From NCBI RefSeq assembly GCF_009914755.1, contig NC_060935.1: a stretch of 64,000 nt of DNA. One strand, given 5' to 3'. This document shows, one piece after another, positions 1-15,193 of this stretch (the stretch's first letter is position 1; each line of letters begins with the position of its first letter). Under the pieces are notes generated by a model. It was not told where the DNA came from. It made no database searches and worked only from the letters and a program-made list of their open reading frames with translations. The DNA is from the human T2T-CHM13v2.0 reference genome, Homo sapiens. Made by a program: the position numbers and the translations under genes.

Positions 1-1761
1 ACTAAGTAGAAATAGCATTGCCATCACCAAAGCAAACAATAAAAGACAAAAAGGACAACATACCGGAACAGAGCCATAGCACTGTGGAAGTTAGAAATCA
101 AAAGAAAACTGAAAGTTACAAAAGTAAGTACTTCCTAGAGGTTCCTCAACCCAGATAATTTCATAAAGATACCAAATAATATTAAGCCTCATCTCCTGGA
201 TATTCTGATTTGGTAGATTTTAGCACTTCCCAGACATGTTTTGTTTTAAATAACCAGGGCAAATCTGATGCAACAAATTCACAGAACTACATTTGGAAGC
301 TTCCAGTAAGACTCAGTTCAAAAACACAAGTAGCAGCAGCAGTTCACAATAACATGTATGAGCTCATCTAGTACTACATATTTCCAAATAGAATAAACTA
401 CATTTCAGTGCTCAGAGTTATGTCAAGTTAATGAAGTTTACAGAAGCAAAACTTGTTTTCACAAACATCTATTATGTAAAAAGAATCATCACATTAATAC
501 AACGTCTTAACTCACTGGCACCCAGATTCATCCACCCAACAAATACTTATTTAGTGCATACCTCTGTTCTATATGCTAACGATAAAGCCTGAACAAAATT
601 GACCTGTCAAAACCGAGAAACCCTCATAGTACCTACACCTACATTCACCATCTAAACCCTTTTAGACGCACATAAGGCACAGATAACGCCACATGTGGTA
701 AGATCCTCTACTATTTGAGGAGGGGTTCTTTTTCCTAGGAGGCTGTAGGGGGCACACTGGTCAAAAGTACTGACAGATGGGAGTCTGGATTGATATACTT
801 AGCTATCTATTATTTTAAGTATAATAAGTTATTTTCTCAAATTAATAGTAACGATTAATAATTAAGCAACTAAAAGGAGGGGAAAAAGAGGGAACAACCA
901 AGGTAAGCCAGGAGAAAGATGGTAAAGACAAAAAAGCAAAGACAGTTGATCTCTAGACAGGGCTGAGTTGAGGACAAGGAACTTGAAATCAGATATATCA
1001 TGAAATTCCACTGTCTAAGCCAACATACTGTGCTATTTAATTTCAGATTCAAGTGTTGTTATATTTACCTACTTTCATATTTTAGCAAAGTTAAGCAAAT
1101 CATTTACCTATGTTTTCTTCCTACACCTTTAGCAGAATAAACAAAATGACTGGCATATCTTAAGGGACCAGATGGCTGGTAATACTAAACAACCACTCAA
1201 ATTCTACAGATATCTTTTTATCTCACGTAAACCTCAGTGACTATTCTGTCTACTGCTGCATCATCACTGCCTAGAAAAGGTGTTCAATAAATACTGGATG
1301 AATGGATGGAAGGATGAAAGAAGCAACCCAGTCCACAGATACAGAGGCCATAAGCAAGCAAGCAAAGCCTCTTCTGGATGATATCCCTGAACCCTGGTGG
1401 GGTTCAGAATCTCAGGAGCCAGTGGTAGAAATGGCCAGTGCTGACCCACAAATTCAAAGAACAAGGAGAAATGGCATTTATTATCTACAAGAAAATAGGC
1501 TAGAAGGTAAAGAAACTACAAATGATCAAGTCTAAGACAAAGGTAGAAAAAAACAAGCTGTGTCGGCAACAGAGAGCAAGCCAGACTGGTTACTCAGAAC
1601 CTACAGATGACAAAAAACTAAACATCTCTGAACAGGCGGAAAGAAGCTTTTACAGCATCCCCGTGGCCTGTCCAAGTTGACTTGGTAGAACAACGTAAGT
1701 GTGTCAAGACATTATAGACGGACACCTTTAATTGTGAAGAGATGTTAAAAAGGTAAAAACC

Positions 1762-2079
<318 letters not shown>

Positions 2080-2189
2080 TCAATTTCATGCTATAGTATC
2101 TCAATTTCAATAGCATGCCCCCTAAGGGTGGGAGATAAGGCATGTTTGTCTTTGCACATCCAGAGCCCAAGACACTTTAGAGAGACACG

Positions 2190-2930
2190 GAGACAAAGTA
2201 GTACCAACAAAGGACACTGGGGAGGCTGGAGGAGCAGGAAATACTATCTCAGAGCTAAGTAAAGAATGTGCTTCAAAAAGGAAGTGATCAACCATGTCAA
2301 ATGTCACTGACATTTGTCCAATTAGTGATACTGACAGTGGCACTGAATGCCTGATGTCTGTAGAATCAAGAACGGCAGGAGAAAAAGTAGAGAAAGTAAG
2401 TTTCAGGAGTTTTGCTATTAAAGAGGGGCAGAAAAAATATACTCAGAGGGGAATGTGAGATTAAAAGTTTATGCTGTAGTTTTTTTGTTTTAAAGATAAG
2501 AGACATTGTAGCATGTTGTATGCTGATGGGAATGATCATGCAGAAATGTTCATCTGAAATAGAACAATTGCTGGGGTAATGTCCATGAGTTGGTGAGAAG
2601 GAACAGGATCCAGTGTCTGGTGGAGAAGTTGATCATAGACAGATGAACAGTTTATCCATGTAAGTGGAGGGAAGTGAACTTGATGGGGTACCTGTGCACT
2701 CATGTTAGTAGATATGGAGGTAAGGACATGTAGAAATTTCTCACAGAAACAGGAAAACATACACATTATCAGCTGAGAGTGAGGAAAGAGAAGAAAGTGT
2801 TACAGGTTGAAGAAAATGAGAAAGTATGTAAAAATTATCCAAACAAATGGGAAATAGGTGGACTAGGGAAATGTAGGATTCCCAGTCAGCACTAAAGGCC
2901 CATAAAGATTAGTGGTCATGACTTTAAAAG
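2190..2930 (-). mobile_element. L2 fragment (degenerate)
   Basis: Purine-rich antisense L2-like motifs (gaagtgatcaaccatgtcaaatg, tttcaggagttttgct); boundaries approximate. Confidence 0.55.
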
Positions 2931-3404
2931 TGAGAGTAGTCAACATGCCTGAGTACAGGTGCAAAGGAAGAAAAAGCATAAGGAGGAATAAAACTTTTCT
3001 TTGTGTCTATCCTTCAGAGAGTAGACGCCATATAAATGAGCAGAAAACTAAGCAATCAGATTTCAGGCACTTGCTTTTCTCCCTTGGATATATATACATC
3101 TAAGCTTTTCAAGATATACATAATTTATGTCTATTTATATGGTTTAGATGGAAAAATAAATAAAAATAACTTACTGCAAGCTAACACTACGTATCTTTAG
3201 GGTGACTGAAATAAGGAAATCATTTCCTATATTGTTCTCTCACTTTTTTACCCTGAGAATCTATTACTTTTACAAAAAGTAAAAAAAAAAACTTCCACGA
3301 AAAAAATTATAATCCAATGATATACAAACAAAGCCAGTGCCACAATATGTTGACTGTCTGCAGACAGATGGAAACTGCATACCACATTCTGGCAATCTTC
3401 AGTA

Positions 3405-3753
3405 CAGGTTGAATACCCCTTATCCAAAATGCATGGGACCAGAAGTGTTTGGGATTTTGGAATTTTTTTGATTTTAGAATACTGTATTTGCATATACATA
3501 ATGATGTTTCTTGGGAATGGGACCCAAGCCTAAACACAAAATTTACTTTTCATATACACTTTACACACATAGCCTAAAGATAATTTTATACAATATTTTA
3601 AGTAATTTTGTGCATGAAACAAAGCTTTCACTGTGACATCACATGACATCAGGTGTGAAATTTTCCACTTGTGGAATCATGTTGGCTCTCAAAAAGTTTC
3701 AGATTTTGGAGCATTTCAGATTTCAGATTTTTGGGCTAGGGATCCTCAATCTG
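3405..3753 (+). mobile_element. Tigger4b/MER46B-like (TcMar-Tigger) MITE
   Basis: TA-CAGGTTGAATACCCCTTATCCAAAATGC start and ...AGGGATCCTCAATCTG end, typical internal sequence. Confidence 0.85.
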
Positions 3754-4418
3754 GTGTATAGACAACTTAAAAATAACTCATATAGACCCAAGCTGATAAT
3801 GGCAGAGCCTCTTTGGGGTTCTAGTGGGCATACACCCTCCTCCCTTCCCTAATCTGCCACTGCCTACCCTACAGGAGATCTCCACCTATCCTAGGTCTCC
3901 TACCTATTCCTTTACTGGAGCTACCACCATGAGAAGGTTTGAGAAAGATCCTATTTCTATATTCAGGACAGGAAGCATATAGGGGTGAGGCAAAAGTCAG
4001 CGAGAGATAGGAAGAGAACTCCTTCAATGCACATCTACTTTGCCATTATTTCCCAGATGCAATGACATATAGAGTTTCTAGTACTAGAAAGAACTGAGAA
4101 GAGCCACAGGCAGGGTCCACTGGGCAACATCAATAAATATAATCAGGTTTAGAAACCTCAAGGAAATGGTCTTAAAAAAAAACAAAATTAAATCTAAAAA
4201 AAATAGATGAACTGTCTATGCTAGGTTTATAATGTAAGCAATGCCATATTCTTAATTATTTCAAACAGTTTATATTGATTTGAAATGAAGAACAAATTTT
4301 TTCACTCTAACTTTATAACCAGATTTGAACGAGATTTAGCAGGAAAATTTATTCTATACCAAGTTTCATCAGTGGACATTTCCAAATCTTAGCATTAAGA
4401 TAATATATCATTTTCTTG

Positions 4419-4858
<440 letters not shown>

Positions 4859-5032
4859 TTATCAACCAATTTTTCCTGATGTTTACACTTTTCCAACAAA
4901 ATCCTAAGAATCTGTAAACACAACATAATATAAAAACAAGAATACTTAAATACCAGCAAAATAAACAATTTAAACAATACATTTCAGATGTGGGGTAGAG
5001 ACAAAAGACCTTTAAAAAAAGCCATATAACAT

Positions 5033-5375
5033 TGATATTGTTTGGCTGTGTTCCCATCCAAATCTCATCTTTTTTAACTGCAGTTCCCATAACCCCCACG
5101 TGTCATGGGAGGGACCAGGTGGACATAATTGAATCATCCGCGGTTTCCCCCATCCTGTTCTCGGAGATCTGATGGTTTTATAAAGGGCGGTTTCCCTGCA
5201 CACTCTCTCTTGCCTGCCGTCATGTAAGACGTGTCTTTGCTCCTCCTTCGCCTTCCGCCATGACTGTGAAGTCTCCCCAGCCATGTGAAACTGTGAGTCC
5301 ATTAAACCTCTTTTTCTTTATAAATTACCCAGTCTTGGGTATGTCCTTTTAGCAGCATGAGAATGGACTAATACA
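5033..5375 (+). mobile_element. THE1 (B/C-like) ERVL-MaLR solo LTR, antisense to RRAS2
   Basis: TGATATTGTTTGGCTGTGTTCCCATCCAAATCTC start, ATTAAACCTCTTT...ATAAATTACCCAGTCTTGGGTATG...GACTAATACA end. Confidence 0.92.
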
Positions 5376-5986
5376 AATGAACAGCCGGCATTAATATACA
5401 ACTGACCTTGTTCCCCTCCCCTACAAAAAAGATGAATGTGCAATGTTACCAAAAAATTGTTTTAACTAATAAAATTTCAGTAAGTGGGTAAAGAAACAAG
5501 TGAGAATAAATTAGCCTGCAAACTAAATACTAAAAATATTATTTTATTAAATGTTACTGAAGTGTTAGAGCTAGCCAATGTAAAGAATTAACAGAAAATT
5601 CAGTCATTAAAGTGACTTAGAAAAAAATCCAAATACTGCAATTTAAATGAAAGCCATTCTCTACATGAAGTTAATTTAGTATTAACACCGAATAACTTAG
5701 GCCTTTAGTGGTAACTTTGAAATTATCCAACTAAGTTAGAGTTTTGGATGTAATCCAAGAAATTATTACATGCGAATAAAGCTAGTTTAAACACTTGCAG
5801 GCTTATAAAGTCTTATAAAATTTTATGAAAAACTATTTGAAAATAAGGAATTTTAATTTCCCCAAATCTACTTCCTTTTTATTTTTCACCCGCTGTGACT
5901 TCTGTAAATACAGTGTGCCAGACTCAGCTATAAACACTTAAGTGGCATGGAGCACTGTATTTTTTTTTTTACTAGACTTTCAATTA

Positions 5987-7854
<1,868 letters not shown>

Positions 7855-8500
7855 TTAACAAATTCCACTTATCCAGAACTAATCAAAACATTTTCACTGT
7901 ACTAGGGTTTACCCTCTATGACAATTCCCCACCAAATGTTCTTATGAGCACCTTCACGTGAAGAAAAGGTACTAGGTATCTCTAAATTTTCATATCTGAA
8001 ATATGCAAGACTGTAAAAGATCTACAACTTTTTTCATAATTATTTAAGGTTAAGAATCTAGATCTCAAACTCTAGAAAAATTAGAAAACACAGTAAGTTA
8101 TAATTCAGACCTATTTGAATTAGCAACCTGATTATAATCATCAGTCCTAAGAAGTCAAGTATCTGGAAAAAATGGAGACAACACAAAGAGGCCTGGAACA
8201 TTTCATCTTATACCTTTCTTTTCTCACACTTTGTCTTATTCCCCTTTCAACTGCCTTATGTACTACAAGAAAATATCATTTTGAAATTTTTTCATTAGTA
8301 GGAACCTCAAACTTACTCTTTCACTGACATCTTTTGTTGTTTTTTTATCTTAAATTCTATTCCTCTCTTCTCTGATCAAACCCTCCCAACTACCGAAGTC
8401 ATTACCATAAAAAAAAGGGGGGGGACAGTTAAAGTATCCAAGTAAGAAGGGAAGAATCTCAGCCTACATTTCAGTTTTATTTAAAAGGGTTTTAAAAAAT

Positions 8501-8631
8501 CAGCTACTCAGGAGGCTGAGGTGAAAGGATCACCTGAGCCCAGAAGGTCAAGGCTGCAGTGAGCCATGATCATACCACTCTGCACTCTAGCCTTGGTGAC
8601 AGGATGAGACCCTGTCTCCAAAAAAGAAAAA
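8501..8631 (+). mobile_element. AluJ right-arm fragment
   Basis: CAGCTACTCAGGAGGCTGAGG...ACCCTGTCTC plus A tail. Confidence 0.85.
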
Positions 8632-9081
8632 GGTTTAAAAAAGATAACAACAATAATCTGAGAGAGTGCATTTCCCTCTTCTTACAGAAGGGCACTAACC
8701 AGGACACCAACATCATCCTCCATTTGTTCTGAGTATCTCCTTTGATCTACTTTGGACTGACTTCCTCAAAGCCCATTTTCCCACTGGCTCATTACAAAAT
8801 CTGAAGGAATGATTTGGAAGGAGACAGCTTAATGCTAGGAACCAGCATCAAGAGTATTTAGCCTTCTTCAGGCAAGGGTTCCTGGCTCTTGGGACCCAAC
8901 ATTCGTGGCGACCTATGCAAACACCAGAGAGCTACTCAGAAACAAGCACTCTTGAAGAGGACAGAAAAGAATCCCCTGGTTTTGGGAGGAGATATATTAA
9001 TCTGCCTGATACCATGACTTTACATATTTTTTTTGAAGGACACTTTCCACATTTTATTTAAGTCTTAAGAATAACTTTAAA

Positions 9082-9360
9082 GCCAGGCATGGTGGCTCAT
9101 GCCTGTAATCCTAACACTTTGTGAAAATTACTTGAGCCCAGGAGTTCCAGACTAGCCTGGGCAACAAGGTGAGACCGCATCTCCACGAAAAATTTAAGAC
9201 TTAGCCAGATGTGGTGGTGTACACCTGTAGTCCTAGTTACTCCGGAGGCTGAGACAGAAGAACTGCTTGAGCCCAGGAGTTCGAGGTTACAGTGAGGTAT
9301 GATCATGCCACACTGCGCTCCAGCCTGGAAGACAGAATAACACCCTGTCTCTTAAAAAAA
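9082..9360 (+). mobile_element. AluJ with small internal deletion
   Basis: Dimeric Alu; left arm lacks GGAGGCCGAGG segment. Confidence 0.88.
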
Positions 9361-10544
9361 TTTTTTTTAAATTAAAATTAAAATGTTTAACTTTAATCAC
9401 AGAATTCCATATCTATAATCCTATTTGTTTTTTGATGTTTCACTTCAATGCATGATGTATTGAACAAAGTCTGTAAAAGAAATGTTCACCAACAGCAGTA
9501 ACTTTTAGTAGGAAGCCATCTCCTCCACCACTCCATCACCATTTAAAAATAAACAGGTATCAATTCACTTAACTAGCCTTAAAAAAAAAAAAAAAGCAGG
9601 TATCAAAACAATCATGAACTTACTTTTTGGCACCCATGCCACTTCAAAAAGTAAATAAATTTTACTGGCAACAATATTCTCTACACCCACTATTTTAAAC
9701 AACAGGAATCAGCAGTCTTTCACAAGCCAATTGGATAAAGCATGCGCTGTACTTTTTAAGATTCATTTCTTGAAACATGTTTCCCCATATGCCATGCTTT
9801 TATATCTTGTAAAACCTGAATTTCACTGACTACTCCCAGCTGATGCCTAAAAGTGCTACACTGTCCCTACTGATTTGGCCTAAAATATAATAAACAAATG
9901 TTAAATACATTTTTTACAAATGCCAAGCCATGCACAATAGCTAGAATTCTTTAAATGTGACAGTTCTTGGCGTTGTGAGATTAAGATATTAACATGCACA
10001 AAAGATTGTTGGTTTGATTGTTATATAAAAGATTGTTGCAACTTTGAAGTCCAGTATAATAAACTGTTTTACCTCTACTCGCTATGGACATTTCTTTGGA
10101 TGTCTTAACTCTTGAAACACAATCTTAGTATTACAAGAATTTTGCCATACTGCTACATGCATTTATTTCCACTCATATTAATTTTTAAGACAAATTCATT
10201 GTTGGGATTTTTGGATATTTAGGTTCACACCCAATCTTTGCTGTGTCCTATCTTCATACTTTGTCTACAGAGACCATCATCTACTGGCTACACGTAAATT
10301 GTAAAGAGCCATCCACATTGAAACAATCCTCCTCCAACGAAACATCACTCTGGGAACTGCCTATCATAGAATCAAAAACCTCTTTCCCTCTCAAAATTCT
10401 AAGAATCCATAGGTCAGAATATCCCTAAGAGCATTCACTGTGTGCAGGTAACAAATACAGGCATCACCTCTCACCAAAAAGGCAACATTTTTGTTAAACT
10501 TGGGTACCAGATATTTGAGGCAACAGATCACCAATAAGTAATCA

Positions 10545-10740
10545 GTCCCCGTGATGAAGTGTCGTGGGTTTAATTCTAACTCTGCTATTCCCTAGCTGTG
10601 GGACCTAAGGCAAATCACTTTACATGTCTAATCTTCAGCATCTGTAAAACAGAGACAGGAACAAAATCCTGTGAAGCAGGTAAAATGAAATAATGCATAT
10701 GAAGTGCCAAGGCATGCTGATTAATAAATGTCAACCATAA
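10545..10740 (+). mobile_element. MIR
   Basis: ctagctgtgggacctaaggcaaatcacttta...catctgtaaaa MIR core. Confidence 0.65.
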
Positions 10741-11970
10741 TAATAACTATTGTTTTTGTCATGCAGTTAAATGGTCTGAATTAGTGTTTTTTACTCAAGT
10801 ATAAAGATTTGCTAAGCTCAGGAGTAGCTGTAATAATTCCAGTCCTAGTTACACTTCAGACCAACCACACGACCTCTGGGATTTGGTATCCAAACGTTGT
10901 GAATCAAGACAAAAGCTGGGGTTCTGGAAATAGTCTCTGGATCTGAGCAGCAACTACACAGTTAATTTACATAAGTAAAAACCCATCAGGCTGTACACTT
11001 AAGATCTGTACACTTTTTTGTACATATATGAATTATACCTCTAGAGAACATATAAATTAAATGGCTCCCTGCTGCTTACAGGATTCCATAGTTTCTTTAC
11101 ATGCTATGCAAAGCCCTCCAGGTTTTATGTAGTATGCAAAGCCATCCAGTTTGATCTGTGTTGTTCACCATGCAAAGCCTCATTCCCACTACTTGAAACC
11201 CTTCAGCCAATTGTCCTTGCTCTCTTGATTTCACTCACTCATTTGTTCAGTGATCATGTATGAAGCACCTACTAAGTACTCCATAAAGATACTCCATAAA
11301 GACAAGGTCTCTATCTTCAGAGTCCAGTGCCTTTTATACAACCACCAGTAGTTGAGGTATTACTGGGGGCAAGAGAAGGATTGGGGCATTTTAAGTCTAT
11401 ACCCAAGCCAAAAAACAAACAGCATGAAGTGCCAATACCATGCTTGTTCAGAAGGCAAGAGAAGTTAGACAGTTAATACTACAGTTATGTACAGAACTAT
11501 GTATGCGTTCACTTATCAACACAGCCTCAGCAATTTGCCAGAAAAGAAAACAGTCTCTCTCCTGAAATTATAAAAAGTTACCAACCACAGCCCAGAAAGG
11601 ATGTTCTGTAGCAGAAAGAGAAAAAAAGAGGAAAAAAAAGCAAGCACAGTATTGCACTGAGCTAGACAGTAAAGGTTCAGGCAAGGATAGGGAAGAAGGG
11701 TGGACCCAAGGGCTCAAAAGAGTACACTGAGGGGAAAGGAAGGGTGGAGGATGGAGAGAGCACATGTTTCCTGATAGACATGAAAGGATGTGTGCAGAAG
11801 AATCCTAGTCAAAAGACAAGGAATACCCTCCCATTCAAAGGGCAGCATGCCTTCCCGGTAGTATGGATGGGCAAATGAACTTCAGTTTCTTTAACATTGT
11901 CAGGAGATGTGGAGAAACATTTAGGATTAGGGAAGCTATCACATTCAGACAGAGATAAAATCGGGTCTGG

Positions 11971-12188
11971 CAAGCCTGGGCAACCCCCATCTCTACAAAA
12001 AATAAATTAGCCAGGCATGGTGGCACGCGCCTATAGTCCCAGCTACTCAGGAGGCTGAGGCAGGAGACTGAGGTCAGGGGATTGCTTGAGCCCAGAAAGA
12101 TGAGGTTGCAGTGAGCCATGATGGCACCACTGCACTCCAGCCTGAGCAACAAAGCAAGACCCTGTTTCCACCCCCGCCTCAAAAAAAA
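11971..12188 (+). mobile_element. 5'-truncated AluJ
   Basis: Begins at GCCTGGGCAAC; right arm has a short internal duplication (GGCTGAGG..GACTGAGG). Confidence 0.85.
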
Positions 12189-13285
12189 TTGATCTGGGTA
12201 AGTTTGTCAGAAGCCCCTAATAATGCCAAAGTATAATATTATGCTGGGATAAGCAGGATAATCCTGCTTACATGCCACTAGATTGCATAACAGGAGCTCG
12301 GGCTGGCCTCCTAAGGAGAACTGCCAACTCAGTATCTCCCCATTCAAAGAAGCCACGTTAAGGAGGAAAAGAAGAAGGAAGGAGAGAAAAAGGGGTGAGT
12401 TGCCCTTCCGCCTTCAGTGGTAAGGAGTGACAACACACTTTCTTCTGACACCAAGCTATTGGTGAAAGTGTAGTTCCCAAACACTGCCACAGAGTGGTGC
12501 CTGGTCTACACCCTGGGACTGGTAATTTACTGGAAATTCTAGGAAACTCAGTGAATCCAGCACACTGGTTAAGTCTACCACCCTTGCATAGAAAAAGGAT
12601 AGGCTAGCTCTAAGGTACCACTGGGGAGTTGTAAACAAATGGAGGGCAGTTCTGAGCACAGCATCATTCTCAGGAAAGTCGTAGGAGTTCTCTAAAACCA
12701 TAGGGTATAGAAAGGGGAAGGGAAAAGGAAAGGAGAGAACGGAAACAATAAACAAGTGTAGGAAAACCCTGAAAAATACTGAATCTGGGCAACGTGTATA
12801 TGGTTGTAGGTTCTCTGGACTTTTGTATATATTTGACAGTTTTCATATTAAAATTAATTTTTTCTAAATCTGGTGGTAGCACATAAGGAAAGAGACAGTG
12901 ATCCTTTTTTAACCCTGAGCTTTCACCTCATTCTACTCAAGACTACACATCATGTAGAAGGCTGATGTTTTTTCTTGCTCAGAATATTTTCCAGGTTTTT
13001 TTCTCTTTTCCCCCTCCCTCTTTTCTCCCTTCCTCCTTTTCTCTCAACACCACATATATCTTATCTACTTCGTCTTTTATTTTTTACTTTTATTGTCCAT
13101 TTCTTCCCCGACCGAACTAGAAAGGAACTCCATGAGGGCAGGGACTTTGTCAGAGAAGTAAAGTGACCTGCTTAGTGCTTAAACATCAAATAACTTTGCT
13201 AATCTGCCTCTCTGAAAGTAAAACACACTCACACTCATCTTCCATTCCTGCTTCCACTGATCCCATCGAAAGTGACATATCCATA

Positions 13286-13592
13286 GGCCAGGCATGGTGG
13301 CTCAGGCCTATAATCCCAGCACTTTGGGAGGCCGAGGCAAGTGGATCACCTGAGGTCAGGAGTTCGAGACCAGCCTGGCCAACATGGTGAAACCCCGTGT
13401 CTACTAAAAATATAAAAATTAGCTGGGCGTGATAGCGGGCACCTGTAGTCCCAGCTATTCAGGAGGCTAAGAAAGGCAGGAGAATCGCTTGAACCCAGGT
13501 GGCAGAGGTTGCAGTAAGCCAAGATCATGCCACTGCACTCCAGCCTGGGCAACAGAGCGAGACTCTTTCAAAAATTAAAATAAATAAATAAA
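13286..13592 (+). mobile_element. AluSx-like
   Basis: GGATCACCTGAGGTCAGGAGTTCGAGACCAGCCTGGCCAAC. Confidence 0.92.
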
Positions 13593-13653
13593 ATTCATAA
13601 AATTTCAAATTTCTCATTCCCTTATTGGCCTATAAAACAAGGAGTAAATGTAC

Positions 13654-13655
13654 CA

Positions 13656-13713
<58 letters not shown>
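13654..13713. repeat. (CA)n microsatellite, about 30 units with one interruption
   Basis: Read directly. Confidence 0.95.
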
Positions 13714-13715
<2 letters not shown>

Positions 13716-14439
13716 AAAAACCAAGACTAACAAATTTTCTTTCTTTTCTTCTCCTTCTTGAGCTCCTGCTCAGCTCACCCCTTACCCCCACACTACACAC
13801 AGATATCAGGTCATGAAACATTCTAGAAGCAAAATTCTGTGATTCTCTGCTCCCTTCCAGTTTAAGACAGCATTTCCCTATTATTACTTCTATCCATAAA
13901 ACACGTACTATGTTTTTTAAATTATGATAAACCAAAATGAGATTTCATTAACTTGCTTCCTATTAATAGATGCATTTATATCTTTACTGGAGACAACATG
14001 ATGAGAAGAAAACACAAGGGCTCTGGAGTCGGAGAGCCTGAAATCCAAATCCAGAAGCCATCCTACTTGCTAGCTGTTTGAGTCCTTGGGTAAACTAACA
14101 CATCTCTAACTCCATTTCCTCAACAGAAAAGGGCAAGAACAGCTAGTTTAGGGAAGGCATATTCCAATGCCCACTTCAGATGTGGCAGCAAAGAAGTTGT
14201 AAGAGAAAAGGAAAAGCTTCCCAGGGAGCTGCTCCCACTCCCAGGGAGTAGGGGGAAGCTCACAAAGTTGCCCCTCGGGATCTAATAAGGGCCACAGGTC
14301 CCCAGTGACTGTTATGTAGCCTCCACTCTCCTCTTCCAGGACAGAAGCGCTGGCTGAAGCCATCCTGTCCCTAGTCCCACCACTGTATCTCTGGTGTGTG
14401 GGGCTGCCTAGGGAGGCAGCAGAATTGAGGGAGTCTGAG

Positions 14440-14650
14440 ATGTAAGTCAAATAGACCCGGACACAGTTCTATCAGTTTGCCAGCTGTGGGAAACTAGAGT
14501 AGCTCACTTAACCTGTTTGAACCTCAGTTTCCTTGTCTATGAAATGAAAATCACACCAACTTTGCAGGATTGTTGTGAAAAGTTAAAAATACTCTATGTC
14601 TATGTAGAGTACAAAGCCCAACAGATGACACACAGTAGGCCCTTAATAAA
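14440..14650 (+). mobile_element. MIR
   Basis: cacttaacctgtttgaacctcagtttccttgtctatgaaatg...ttgcaggattgttgtga. Confidence 0.7.
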
Positions 14651-15057
14651 TTATAGCTGATAAAGCCCAAATCACATCTTGCTTTCTTTGCAATGCTTTC
14701 AACACTCCAACCAGAAAACAATCTCAATATTCTCTTACCCTTAAAGTGACAACAGTTTGGATTTTTCTCAACTTCTGTCTTATTAGTAATAAGTTGTGAT
14801 TTGGAAAATACATATACCAAGCTTAATGTATACTATATAATTGCTACTTACAATTTCCTTTTACAATTGCTTATCCTTTCATGTATGTGTCTAAGTGAAT
14901 GTATGAATAACTGATATACTGAGTTAAACTCAATGGGTATAAGCATAAAACTTTCCCTCCAAGCCCCTCTGTGGGAAAGTTTTTCCTTGTTCCTGAATGA
15001 AATCTAAGGCAAGTCTCATAATTTTTTAAAATCATTCTTTGACTATAAATATATTTA

Positions 15058-15193
15058 GGCCAAACACAACAGTTCATGCCTGTAATCCCAGCCCTTTGGG
15101 AGGCAGAGGCAGGAGGACTGCTTGAGCCCAGGAGTTTGAGACCGGCCTCAGCGACAGAGAGAGACCCCCATCTCCACAAAAAGGGGGGAAAAA
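15058..15193 (+). mobile_element. FLAM/Alu left monomer
   Basis: Single left arm ending ACCCCCATCTCCAC plus A-rich tail. Confidence 0.8.

Noticed and set aside
11277-11302. 13-bp tandem duplication TACTCCATAAAGA x2 (similar short duplications at 2071-2108 and 59561-59597)
   Set aside because: Ordinary slippage duplications with no sign of function.
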